Positions 38,335-47,096 of a stretch of DNA of 64,000 nt are shown piece after piece. Source of the DNA: an uncultured Candidatus Saccharibacteria bacterium. Lineage in GTDB: Bacteria; Patescibacteriota; WWE3; UBA101185; UBA10185. Position numbers and translations under genes: made by a program. The notes beneath the pieces are model-generated. The model searched no databases, had not been told where the DNA came from, and saw only the letters and a program-made list of their open reading frames with translations. The stretch's first letter is position 1. Each line of letters opens with the position of its first letter. The stretch is taken from positions 355,508 through 419,507 of the forward strand of contig CAYLVW010000001.1 in NCBI GenBank assembly GCA_964387275.1, given 5' to 3'.

Positions 38335-39525
38335 ATGCTTGGAAGTTTCTGGATTTACATTAAAAAACATAAAAGAAACACTTTTATAATTGTTGGAGCA
38401 ATATTAGTTGGTATTTTCATAATATTTAGACCAAATGGTGCAGTAAATGTAAGAGAGTATAAGGTTTCAAGAATCGAAGTAATCAAAAACATTAATGCTT
38501 CAGGTGAAACTAAAGCAGACACCTCAAATGTCGTAAAAAGCCCTGTTTCGGCTAAAATTAAAAAGATAAATTATCACAGTGGCTCTCAAGTAAGTAAGGA
38601 TGATATAGTTTTGGAATTTGATGAACTCAGCTTAAATGCATCCTATACCTCTTCCTGGCAAGCCTATTTAGCAGCTAAAGCCACGGCAGACACATATGAT
38701 CAACAAATCAAAGCTGCAGAGGCCTCTGTCAGTGATAAGAGATATGCTAGAGATGCAGCTCAAAGAGATTACAATGAAGATGACAGTTTTGATAACAAAC
38801 AAGCACTAAAAACTTCAGAATCAGCTTATCAAAGTGCGGTATCCTCGCTAAATACTATAAAAGAAAAACAAGAATCTACTAAACAAAGTGTTGCTTCTAC
38901 TTATTCAACATTCCTATTGGCTAGTGATAACTACAAAAATTCAAAACTAAAAGCTCCAAATACAGGATTTCTAGCACTCGAAAACTTAAAGATAGGCGAT
39001 AGTATACTGGTGGGTCAAGAACTTTACTCAATTACAAATAGCGCTGATTTACAATTTGTAGCGGAGGTTGATGAGGCCGACATACAAAGTATAGTTTTAA
39101 GCCAACCAGTAAGAGTAGAACTAGAAGGTTATGCTGAAAAAGAGTTTGAAGGCTTTGTATCTACAATTGATGCAAAAACTTCTATCACATCAAGCGGAGG
39201 AAATATTGTGGAAACTTACATAGAGGTAAATTTTGAAAACATAAAGCCTATCATTGGGCTTACCGGTACAGCTAAAATTCAAGTAGGTAAAGAAACAGAA
39301 CAAATTGCTGTACCTTTTGACGCTGTTACGTTTGAGGGAGATAATAATGATTTTGTGTATGTAATTAAAAATGGCAAAGCTCTCAAAACTAAAGTTGAAG
39401 TAGGATTTGAGGGAGATGAGTACTATGCAATCAAATCAGGATTAAATGAAGGAGACCTTGTAGTAACAGGTGTAGATATTACAACTATTAAAGATGGACA
39501 ACAAATTTCCCTTATTAAAGATTGA
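38335..39525 (+). CDS. HlyD/MacA-type periplasmic adaptor (membrane fusion protein)
   Basis: N-terminal TM helix, biotinyl/lipoyl-like hairpin, coiled-coil region and C-terminal beta-barrel. Upstream of MacB-type ABC genes. Confidence 0.7.
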   Translation: MLGSFWIYIKKHKRNTFIIVGAILVGIFIIFRPNGAVNVREYKVSRIEVIKNINASGETKADTSNVVKSPVSAKIKKINYHSGSQVSKDDIVLEFDELSLNASYTSSWQAYLAAKATADTYDQQIKAAEASVSDKRYARDAAQRDYNEDDSFDNKQALKTSESAYQSAVSSLNTIKEKQESTKQSVASTYSTFLLASDNYKNSKLKAPNTGFLALENLKIGDSILVGQELYSITNSADLQFVAEVDEADIQSIVLSQPVRVELEGYAEKEFEGFVSTIDAKTSITSSGGNIVETYIEVNFENIKPIIGLTGTAKIQVGKETEQIAVPFDAVTFEGDNNDFVYVIKNGKALKTKVEVGFEGDEYYAIKSGLNEGDLVVTGVDITTIKDGQQISLIKD

Positions 39526-40186
39526 CGGTGTCTCAAAAGAGTATTTTTTAGGCGACACGCTTGTCAAAGCTGTCGACGAAGTAAGCCTTGAAATAAATCA
39601 GGGAGAATTTATAAGTATATTAGGTAAATCTGGTTCAGGGAAATCGACTCTTATGCATATTATAGGTCTTTTGGATAGACCAACAAAAGGCACCCTCCAT
39701 TTAGATGGTAAAAAAGTAAACGAACTTTCAGATGACGAATTAGCAAAAGTTAGAAGTGAGAAAATAGGATTTATCTTCCAAGCATTTAATTTATTGGCAA
39801 GAACTTCAGCTCTAGATAATGTATTACTGCCAACTGTTTACAATATAGCTGCAAAGGTAGGTGCTGAAGAAAGAGCAAGAAATATTTTAAAAAGAGTTGG
39901 ATTGGAACAGCGCACAAAAAATATGCCAAACCAACTATCCGGTGGGCAACAACAAAGAGTCGCAATTGCAAGATCACTGATAAATAACCCTTCTATAATC
40001 CTTGCAGATGAGCCTACAGGAAACTTAGATTCTAAATCTACTGAAGAGATTCTTAAACTTCTGGAAGAACTGCATGAGGAGGGTAAAACTATAATAATTG
40101 TTACTCATGATGAAGATATTACAAAAATTACGGATAGAGTAATTAAAATCAACGATGGGAAAATCGTGGAGGATATAAAAAAATGA
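39494..40186 (+). CDS. ABC transporter ATP-binding protein (MacB/LolD type)
   Basis: Walker A GKSGSGKST, ABC signature LSGGQQQRVAIARSL and Walker B ILADEPT. The N-terminal 10 codons overlap the upstream gene, so the start is uncertain. Confidence 0.85.
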   Translation: MDNKFPLLKIDGVSKEYFLGDTLVKAVDEVSLEINQGEFISILGKSGSGKSTLMHIIGLLDRPTKGTLHLDGKKVNELSDDELAKVRSEKIGFIFQAFNLLARTSALDNVLLPTVYNIAAKVGAEERARNILKRVGLEQRTKNMPNQLSGGQQQRVAIARSLINNPSIILADEPTGNLDSKSTEEILKLLEELHEEGKTIIIVTHDEDITKITDRVIKINDGKIVEDIKK

Positions 40187-41364
40187 ATGAGTTTTTAAAA
40201 CTTGCTATTAAGTCACTAAAACTAAATAAAATCAGAACATTTCTTACAATGCTTGGGATTATTATTGGTGTTGCTGCCGTTATTATACTAACTTCTATAG
40301 TAGGCGGTCTTCAAAAAACCATTACTACGCAATTTGAAAGTTTCGGCTCAAATACGCTTTTCCTGTTTCCGGGCAAAACAGGTGGCTCCAGAGGTCCTGG
40401 GGGGAGTATTGTAAATAAATTAACTTTTGACATGGGAAATAAAGTAGCTAATGTCGAAGGGGTTACTGACGTATCAGTTTTAGTTTTTACTACAGGAACT
40501 GCAAAATATAAAAATAAAGAAAGTGACAACGTCACAACATATGGCGTTGACAGTAAATTCTTCACAATAAATAAGCTGGAAACGGTAAAGGGCAGACAGA
40601 TCAACAATTCAGACATATCTGGAGTTAAATTAAATGTAGTAATAGGAGAGGATGTGAGAAAGAATCTTTTTGAGAACATAGACCCAATAGGAAAAGAAAT
40701 TACAGTTAAGGGTATTAAATACACCGTTGTGGGAATACTTGAAAAAAGAGGTGCTGTGTTTGGTCAAAGCCAAGATAATACTGTGTACGTGCCAGTCAGC
40801 GTTGCAAGAACAAGATATCAAATAGATAGACCCAATTTCTTCTATATAAGGCTTCAGAACCTAGACAATGTTGATGCAGTAAAAAAGAATATAAACAATG
40901 TAATAAAACAATACATCACTGAGGATGATTTTTCGGTAGTAAGCCAAGAACAAAGCTTAGATTTTATTAAGTCTATTCTTGGAGTACTTGCAACTGCACT
41001 AGGAGGTATCGCCGCAATATCCTTGATTGTAGGAGGAGTTGGAATAATGAATATAATGTTTGTATCAGTCACAGAACGAACAAAAGAAATTGGACTTAGA
41101 AAAGCAATAGGAGCAAGTTCAACAAATGTCCTAACCCAGTTTCTACTTGAAGCAATAATACTGTCTGTTTTGGGTGGCTTGTTTGGTGTAGTTATAGGTA
41201 TAGGATTTTCTTATGTGATAGGGTTTTTTATAGATACAGCTCTTAATCCTTTCTATATAACCTTATCTTTTTTGGTTTCTGCAATAATCGGCATTATCTT
41301 CGGAGTTGCTCCTGCGATTAAGGCTAGTAAACTTGATCCAATTGTAGCCCTTAGATATGAATAA
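40183..41364 (+). CDS. ABC transporter permease, FtsX/MacB-type (MacB periplasmic domain + 4 TM)
   Basis: MacB_PCD-like N-terminal region and FtsX C-terminal TM bundle. Start overlaps the ATPase stop (ATGA). Confidence 0.8.
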   Translation: MNEFLKLAIKSLKLNKIRTFLTMLGIIIGVAAVIILTSIVGGLQKTITTQFESFGSNTLFLFPGKTGGSRGPGGSIVNKLTFDMGNKVANVEGVTDVSVLVFTTGTAKYKNKESDNVTTYGVDSKFFTINKLETVKGRQINNSDISGVKLNVVIGEDVRKNLFENIDPIGKEITVKGIKYTVVGILEKRGAVFGQSQDNTVYVPVSVARTRYQIDRPNFFYIRLQNLDNVDAVKKNINNVIKQYITEDDFSVVSQEQSLDFIKSILGVLATALGGIAAISLIVGGVGIMNIMFVSVTERTKEIGLRKAIGASSTNVLTQFLLEAIILSVLGGLFGVVIGIGFSYVIGFFIDTALNPFYITLSFLVSAIIGIIFGVAPAIKASKLDPIVALRYE

Positions 41365-41465
41365 AGGCTTAATAACTTTTCTTTGCAAAGAAAAATGTGA
41401 GCGTGGGTCAATTCAAAAAAACACTCTATACAGTAATAAAAACACAGATTGTTAAGCTTATAGTA

Positions 41466-41888
41466 CTAATTTAAAACAACGCTTATCTCAGAATCTTTTG
41501 TAATATTGGTTTGCCTAAAGTCATTAGTAACATCTAATCCATTGAGTAAAATGAGCCAAGATTTACCTTTTGGCGCTGAAACAGAGTTAACTTCTTCTAA
41601 AACAATATGATCTACATAAGAGGTAAATTCAAAAGAGACCAAACCATCCTCTCTTAACTCATCAAGAGCATCATAAATACTGTCACTATTTAGTAATTTT
41701 ACAGAAGCGACATCTTTACCCTGTACCGTAACTTTTGCGGTAACTTCGTAAGTTTTTTCTACCTTCTTGTCCTCATCTACCTCACCTACATCCACTTTAT
41801 CTACCTTTAAGACGCTATTTATACTAAGTATAGCTAGTCCTAAACATATCAAATATATAAAAAAAGCTATTTTATTTATTCTTGGCAT
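41466..41888 (-). CDS. Secreted hypothetical protein (possibly DUF4430-like)
   Basis: Signal/TM helix at the N-terminus. Small beta-rich domain. Confidence 0.3.
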   Translation of the reverse strand: MPRINKIAFFIYLICLGLAILSINSVLKVDKVDVGEVDEDKKVEKTYEVTAKVTVQGKDVASVKLLNSDSIYDALDELREDGLVSFEFTSYVDHIVLEEVNSVSAPKGKSWLILLNGLDVTNDFRQTNITKDSEISVVLN

Positions 41889-41900
41889 AGTTACTAGATT

Positions 41901-41928
41901 TTAACATTTCGATAAGATTGAGTATAAT
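41901..41928 (+). promoter_or_regulatory. Sigma70-like promoter for tRNA-Arg (TTAACA -16 bp- TATAAT)
   Basis: Perfect -10 hexamer ends 16 nt upstream of the tRNA 5' end. Confidence 0.4.
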
Positions 41929-41944
41929 AAGCCAGAAACACTGT

Positions 41945-42021
41945 GCCTCCATAGCTCAGCGGATTAGAGCACTTCGCTTCGGACGAAGGGGTCGGGAGTT
42001 CGAATCTCTCTGGAGGCGCCA
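41945..42021 (+). tRNA. tRNA-Arg (anticodon UCG), CCA encoded
   Basis: GCCTCCA / TAGCTCAGCGGATTAGAGCA / CTTCG-CTTCGGA-CGAAG / GGTCGGGAGTTCGAATCTCTC / TGGAGGC-G-CCA. Confidence 0.85.
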
Positions 42022-42075
42022 AATAAAGATAAGGCACATCTTATGGATCTTAGCTACAATGCTATAATCTAACTC

Positions 42076-42870
42076 ATGGGTAATCCAACACCTATAAAAA
42101 TAATTAAGTCGGATGTTTCTGCAATTGAAGTCGCAAAATACTATTTAAAAGTAGAGCTTTCCAAACTATTCCCGAATATAAGACATGAGGAAATTGAAAA
42201 TAGTATAAACACACTTAAAGAATCCAAGATTCTACCATTATTAGAAGCCATATCGTTTACATACCACCTTAATGGAGTTTACTATAACATAACCAGGGAT
42301 GGGTATATCTGGAACGAAGAAGAGTGGGATGTTGAAAATTTAATCTATTTTGGTATGGATACAAATATCAACAAACTAATTAGTTCTTCAGAAATTGGGG
42401 GTAAAGCACCAAATTTAAGAGATTATCTACTAAACTACTTTAAAAATTTTCCAAACGACCCAGAAAATCTCTCCTCACTCAAACCTACAAACAAAAAAAT
42501 AGAATTTTCAAAACTTCTTCTAAGAGAAAAGGAAGGAAAAATTCTTACATTAGACGGATCTCACAGACTGACAGAGATGCTACTACAAGGATATAAAACT
42601 GTTCAAGCTTACGTGGCACATCCAATAGATAATAAAGTTAAAGATACAGATAGGAAAGTTGTTATTGGTTCCAGCACTTTTATACTTCTTACAATTCTTT
42701 ATAAAAATGGTTCTGAAACCGAAAGGTCTGCAGTTGAAACAATAGTAAAACAACTTATTGCAAGAAGTACAGACGGAATAGAACAAGTTCAAAAGTTTTG
42801 GATAGATAGACAAGAAGATGAAGAAATCAAGAATTCAGGTAAAAATATTCTAAGTCAACTTATCGGATAA
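42076..42870 (+). CDS. ParB/Sulfiredoxin (ParB N-terminal nuclease-like) domain protein
   Basis: KILTLDGSHRLTEMLLQGYKTVQAYV matches the ParB/Srx box-II-like DGxHR...A motif. The remainder is unassigned. Confidence 0.45.
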   Translation: MGNPTPIKIIKSDVSAIEVAKYYLKVELSKLFPNIRHEEIENSINTLKESKILPLLEAISFTYHLNGVYYNITRDGYIWNEEEWDVENLIYFGMDTNINKLISSSEIGGKAPNLRDYLLNYFKNFPNDPENLSSLKPTNKKIEFSKLLLREKEGKILTLDGSHRLTEMLLQGYKTVQAYVAHPIDNKVKDTDRKVVIGSSTFILLTILYKNGSETERSAVETIVKQLIARSTDGIEQVQKFWIDRQEDEEIKNSGKNILSQLIG

Positions 42871-42989
42871 AGTTACCATAGTAAAAAACCCGAACACTAC
42901 GACCTTCAACTATAGCAACTCCACATATAGGATCTTAATAGAACTAATAATCTAGTTACTTCCAAAGTAAATGGGAATATAATCAGAGC

Positions 42990-43202
42990 ATGTCAAAAAT
43001 ATACAAAGTAGAAACTATATCTGAAAGTGGGCTTAGTACTATACTACTAAATTCCGGTTCAATACCTGAGAAAAAAGTCGAGGCTACGTTAAACTCCTAC
43101 TCAAAGGACGGGTGGGAATTAGAATTTATGGTTGTAGAAAGAAGAAGATACTTACTACTCTGGACTAGGGAAACTGTAATTATCACACTCTCAAAAGCTT
43201 AA
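42990..43202 (+). CDS. Small hypothetical protein (DUF4177-like)
   Basis: 70-aa ORF with no assignable motifs. Confidence 0.3.
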   Translation: MSKIYKVETISESGLSTILLNSGSIPEKKVEATLNSYSKDGWELEFMVVERRRYLLLWTRETVIITLSKA

Positions 43203-43265
43203 TAGAATAAGCTTTCACAACTTACAAAATCTATAGTACAATGCTCATTAGGAGATGGAGGGAAA

Positions 43266-44216
43266 ATGAACAAACCTCGTACATTCTGGAGCAGACTTAC
43301 CTATGCAATAGCTGATTTGACTATTTTTAATTTGATTGCAGCGTCAGTTTTCTACGCAGGAGCTGACGGATGGCTATTTGGATTAAAGATCGTCGTTTTC
43401 ATATCTGGTTTAGCTTATGGTTTTCTGGGATTCCTTATAACTTTGGACGATAAGAAAGATGTCCATGGTAACAAGATTGAGCAGACAGGGTGGGAAAGAT
43501 TTGGGTATTTAACTGTGACTATAGGATTTGCTCTTATGGCTATAGCATCCGTCGTAGTATTTGCCCCAATGTTAGTAACATATGCCAATCCGAGCGGTAC
43601 CATTGTAACTGCTATATCCGTACTAGTTGTGATCAGAAATATTCTAATTCTTGGGGGCTATTCTATTGTAGCAATTGAAGAGCTTAAAAGAGAAACATCT
43701 ACAGAAACTTTATCTGACTTGTGGAAAACACTCGATGCTAATAAGAATCAAAAACAGGGGTTTGCTTTTGTGGTTATATATGTAGTGGGAATTGCACTTT
43801 CTGTGGTTATTGCTATGGCTGCCAACTCTGAACAAAAACCTATGTATACAGGGGCTATGCCCAGATGGGAAGTTCTTTCTGAGGTAGACGAACCTAACAA
43901 CAGGAAGGTGGAGCTTGACGAAGGACTTGAGCTTGTTACTCCTGCCGGATACAGACTAACCGTATTGGATATCGGCGTTGGGAAATGCAATATTAGTGGA
44001 TATGGGGGTCTGGATACTAGACAAAAGGTATTTGTTATTGCAGCTCATAATCTGTATGGGAATTATACTGTTTCTACTATTTGTATTGATCCTGATGTTA
44101 TGGGAACTTACAGGGATGCAGAAAACACAATTACAGTAAGTCACGAGAGAGTGGCTTTTGACACAACTCGGCTTTATATTATGCTTGGTGATACCTGGTC
44201 CGTAGTCGAAAAGTAG
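43266..44216 (+). CDS. Membrane protein (4 TM) with C-terminal soluble beta-rich domain
   Basis: Hydropathy pattern. RBS GGAGATGGAGGG upstream. Confidence 0.35.
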   Translation: MNKPRTFWSRLTYAIADLTIFNLIAASVFYAGADGWLFGLKIVVFISGLAYGFLGFLITLDDKKDVHGNKIEQTGWERFGYLTVTIGFALMAIASVVVFAPMLVTYANPSGTIVTAISVLVVIRNILILGGYSIVAIEELKRETSTETLSDLWKTLDANKNQKQGFAFVVIYVVGIALSVVIAMAANSEQKPMYTGAMPRWEVLSEVDEPNNRKVELDEGLELVTPAGYRLTVLDIGVGKCNISGYGGLDTRQKVFVIAAHNLYGNYTVSTICIDPDVMGTYRDAENTITVSHERVAFDTTRLYIMLGDTWSVVEK

Positions 44217-44330
44217 CATTTAATGCACTTGAGATCTCACAAATTTCAAGTGCTTTTTTATACCATAAATAACCTATAATATTGTAATACTTGCTTAAAA
44301 ATGTTAAATTCTCAGTAGAGGGAGTGAAAA

Positions 44331-44636
44331 ATGCTCGATGTTTCCAGCTGGGACAACCTACCTATTACTGTAACAGGTGATAACGGTGTAGATACCAGAG
44401 GAAAAAGTGTAGTTGAACATAATAGATTGTATATACTCACAAGTATTGATTATGGAGACAATCCACAGCTTACAATTACGCATGCGGCTAGTAGAAAAAC
44501 ACACAGAGTTGCAACAAAAACTGTGAGGGTAAAAGATAAAGTAACACCTAAGCTTATTTTTAGGACTTCTAGAAATGCTATTTATTTTTATGAAGTAACT
44601 CAGGAGGTACTTTATCAAGCAGATGAGGGTGAGTAA
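44331..44636 (+). CDS. Small beta-rich hypothetical protein
   Basis: RBS GGGAGTGAAAAATG. Translationally coupled to the next ORF (TAATG overlap). Confidence 0.3.
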   Translation: MLDVSSWDNLPITVTGDNGVDTRGKSVVEHNRLYILTSIDYGDNPQLTITHAASRKTHRVATKTVRVKDKVTPKLIFRTSRNAIYFYEVTQEVLYQADEGE

Positions 44637-44965
44637 TGCCGAGGTATCCCAATAAGTTTCAATTAGGATATTGGCATAATAAACAAGTAACAGTTACCAG
44701 ATATAGAGATACCGGTATTTTCGAATTTAAAGCGGTCGTAGCTAACTTTAAGGGACAGTTGTACTTAGGTACTAAAACTACCCTTGCGAACTTAGGTACT
44801 TGGGTAACCTTAATAGACGCAAACAATAAGGAGATGTCGCTTGATGCTGTTTTAATGCCAAATGGCTCTGATGTATATCTAATTCAGGCAGCTGTAGAAC
44901 AAGACACTCTGGCAGGTATAAGGTTTTGGTTTAGGTTGGATCTGAATTTAGCGATTACTGTTTAA
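44636..44965 (+). CDS. Small beta-rich hypothetical protein
   Basis: Start overlaps the upstream stop. Followed by a terminator. Confidence 0.3.
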   Translation: MPRYPNKFQLGYWHNKQVTVTRYRDTGIFEFKAVVANFKGQLYLGTKTTLANLGTWVTLIDANNKEMSLDAVLMPNGSDVYLIQAAVEQDTLAGIRFWFRLDLNLAITV

Positions 44966-44975
44966 CAGTTCTTAA

Positions 44976-45018
44976 CTGGCCGACCTTTCTCAGGATGAGG
45001 AAATCGGCCATTTTTTTT
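44976..45018 (+). terminator. Rho-independent terminator
   Basis: TGGCCGA...TCGGCCA hairpin with an inner stem, followed by TTTTTTTT. Confidence 0.6.
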
Positions 45019-45026
45019 GATATAAT
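45018..45026 (+). promoter_or_regulatory. Extended -10 promoter element (TGaTATAAT) for tRNA-Lys
   Basis: TGATATAAT lies 16 nt upstream of the tRNA 5' end. Confidence 0.4.
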
Positions 45027-45042
45027 CTTGAGCGTTAGTTGA

Positions 45043-45117
45043 GGGGACGTAGCTCAGCGGTAGAGCAGGGGACTCTTAATCCCTTGGTCCTGGGTTCGAT
45101 TCCCAGCGTCCTCACCA
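45043..45117 (+). tRNA. tRNA-Lys (anticodon CUU), CCA encoded
   Basis: GGGGACG / TAGCTCAGCGGTAGAGCA / GGGGA-CTCTTAA-TCCCT / TGGTC / CTGGGTTCGATTCCCAG / CGTCCTC-A-CCA. Confidence 0.85.
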
Positions 45118-45264
45118 GCAAAGTTTCCATATTATTAGAAATATAACAATTTAGACTAAGGTTCATGTTAAACCAGATAAGTACTATTTATAGTAAACTG
45201 CATTTTACTCCAAGGGTTAGTATGATATATTCTTACTTAATCTAGCATAGAAAGGTGATTCGGA

Positions 45265-46284
45265 ATGAGACCGTCAAGTGGTATCGAAGCATTGAGGAAA
45301 GGGTTAGTTTTAGCTAAAGACCTTACCATCTTAGCCAGAAGCGTAATGAGTGGAGCTCCTTATTCAACGTGTCTGGAATTTACCAATCTTTGTCCCATTG
45401 GATGTAATTGTATCTGGAGACGGCGGGGTGTCCCGGAAAGTCAGATGACTGATGAGGAAGTTTTGACATTCCTATATGAGCAAAGAAAAGCAGGGGTGGT
45501 ACATATAGTTCTATCCGGCGGTGAACCGTATGTTCGTTCTAAGCTCTTAAAGAGAGTTTTGCGAGAGCGTATCGTAAAAGCATACTGGGTAGTAACTTCG
45601 GGTGTTATACCTATGCATACAGGTCTTGAAGGTGTAATGCATTTTGTATCAATAGATGGCTTGAACCAGACTCATGATACTGTACGTAAAAGCCCTGGAT
45701 TGTTTAATAAGCTGTGGCAAAATCTTACGCACGCGCGTGCTACTAGAGAATTTCCAGTTATGGCCCACATGACAATCAACCAATTGAACATGTTGGAGGT
45801 TGATGATGTTTGTAGACTGCTTACTGAAACAGATATTACTGATGGGTTAGTTTGTAGTACCTTTACACCATCAAAGGCTAATCAAGAAACTGGACTTGTC
45901 TTAACAGATAAGATGCGGGCTGACATTGTAGAAATGCTACTCCAAACCAAAATGAGGTTTGGGGAACGTTTAGTGATGTCTAAGGCAGCAATAGAGAGGC
46001 TACATCCAGACGCAACCGCACTCCAAACTCCACAAAACTGTCTGGTAGCAAAATACTCGCGTTGCTATAACTCCAAGGGAGAGAGAATCCCAATATGTGT
46101 AATTATGCAGGGTGAGTATGTTCAGCAAATCGATAAAAACGGAAAACCACAACAAGTTTTCGTCCAACATGTGGACTGTAAGGATTGCGGTACTATTGTT
46201 AACACTATGCTAAATTCAGCAGTTAATGGAATCTTGCCTGACCTAGAAACAATCTTTGGACTTGCACAAACATTAGCTGTCTAG
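45265..46284 (+). CDS. Radical SAM superfamily enzyme with non-canonical cluster motif (CPIGCNC, Cx3CxC) and C-terminal Cys-rich auxiliary (SPASM/twitch-like) region
   Basis: VLSGGEPYV (GGEP SAM-binding motif) and VSIDGLNQTHDTVRKSPGLFNKL, a MoaA/SPASM-like ribose motif. The C-terminus carries five more Cys (C...C...C...CKDCG). Confidence 0.55.
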   Translation: MRPSSGIEALRKGLVLAKDLTILARSVMSGAPYSTCLEFTNLCPIGCNCIWRRRGVPESQMTDEEVLTFLYEQRKAGVVHIVLSGGEPYVRSKLLKRVLRERIVKAYWVVTSGVIPMHTGLEGVMHFVSIDGLNQTHDTVRKSPGLFNKLWQNLTHARATREFPVMAHMTINQLNMLEVDDVCRLLTETDITDGLVCSTFTPSKANQETGLVLTDKMRADIVEMLLQTKMRFGERLVMSKAAIERLHPDATALQTPQNCLVAKYSRCYNSKGERIPICVIMQGEYVQQIDKNGKPQQVFVQHVDCKDCGTIVNTMLNSAVNGILPDLETIFGLAQTLAV

Positions 46285-46315
46285 GAAGCCTGACGATTAA
46301 AAAGTAACACCTACG

Positions 46316-46360
46316 TAAGTTCGTACGTACAAAAATTGTCGTACGAACTTTTTCTTTTAT
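46316..46360 (+). terminator. Rho-independent terminator
   Basis: Perfect 11-bp inverted repeat AAGTTCGTACG / CGTACGAACTT with a 12-nt loop, followed by TTTTCTTTTATT. Confidence 0.6.
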
Positions 46361-46588
46361 TAAAATCCCATTACTATGGTTTATTTACCTTTAAATAATA
46401 TTCGAACTATCAATCGGAAAAAATGTAAAACACTCTATTACAATATTTATACATGAGAAGTCTCTGTATTGTATACCTAAAATAACTACTACCAAGCAGA
46501 CTGTAATTCCTCAAACAAAATACCATTAAATATAACTAGTTTGATATTTGTGCAAAATTTTGTATTATATAGATAATTATAAATACAT

Positions 46589-46999
46589 ATGCAGAAAATA
46601 ACTGTACAAACAACCGTAAAAGCACCTATAAAAAAAGTCTGGCAATATTTCAATGGTATAGAACACTACTCGGGGTGGTCTTTTGCTTCCAATGATTGGG
46701 GAGCAAAAGGAATTGAAAATGATCTAAGGGTTGGGGGAAGGCTTAGAGTACATAACTTTGCAAAGGATAGCAGTGCAGATTTTATTTTTGAGGGGGTGTA
46801 TAAGGAAATCCAGGAAAACAAATTAATAGATTTTGATATGACTGATGATAGAAATGTTTGTGTAGAGTTTACAGAAGTTGCGGATGGAGTTTTAGTAACT
46901 GAAACTTTTGATGCAGAGACTGAAAATTCTGAGGAATTACAAAGATCAGGATGGCAGGCATATTTAGATAACTTTAAAAAATACGTTGAATCTAACTAA
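46589..46999 (+). CDS. SRPBCC-superfamily protein (AHSA1/Aha1-like)
   Basis: VKAPIKKVWQYFNGIEHYSGW and overall length fit the Activator-of-Hsp90-ATPase-like SRPBCC family. Confidence 0.55.
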   Translation: MQKITVQTTVKAPIKKVWQYFNGIEHYSGWSFASNDWGAKGIENDLRVGGRLRVHNFAKDSSADFIFEGVYKEIQENKLIDFDMTDDRNVCVEFTEVADGVLVTETFDAETENSEELQRSGWQAYLDNFKKYVESN

Positions 47000-47096
47000 A
47001 TATAGACAGCATGATAACTAGTAGAAACTATAACTTAAAATACGTCTAGATCTTTCTATAGTAATAATGAGTATTTAAAAACAAAAGATAATAATC

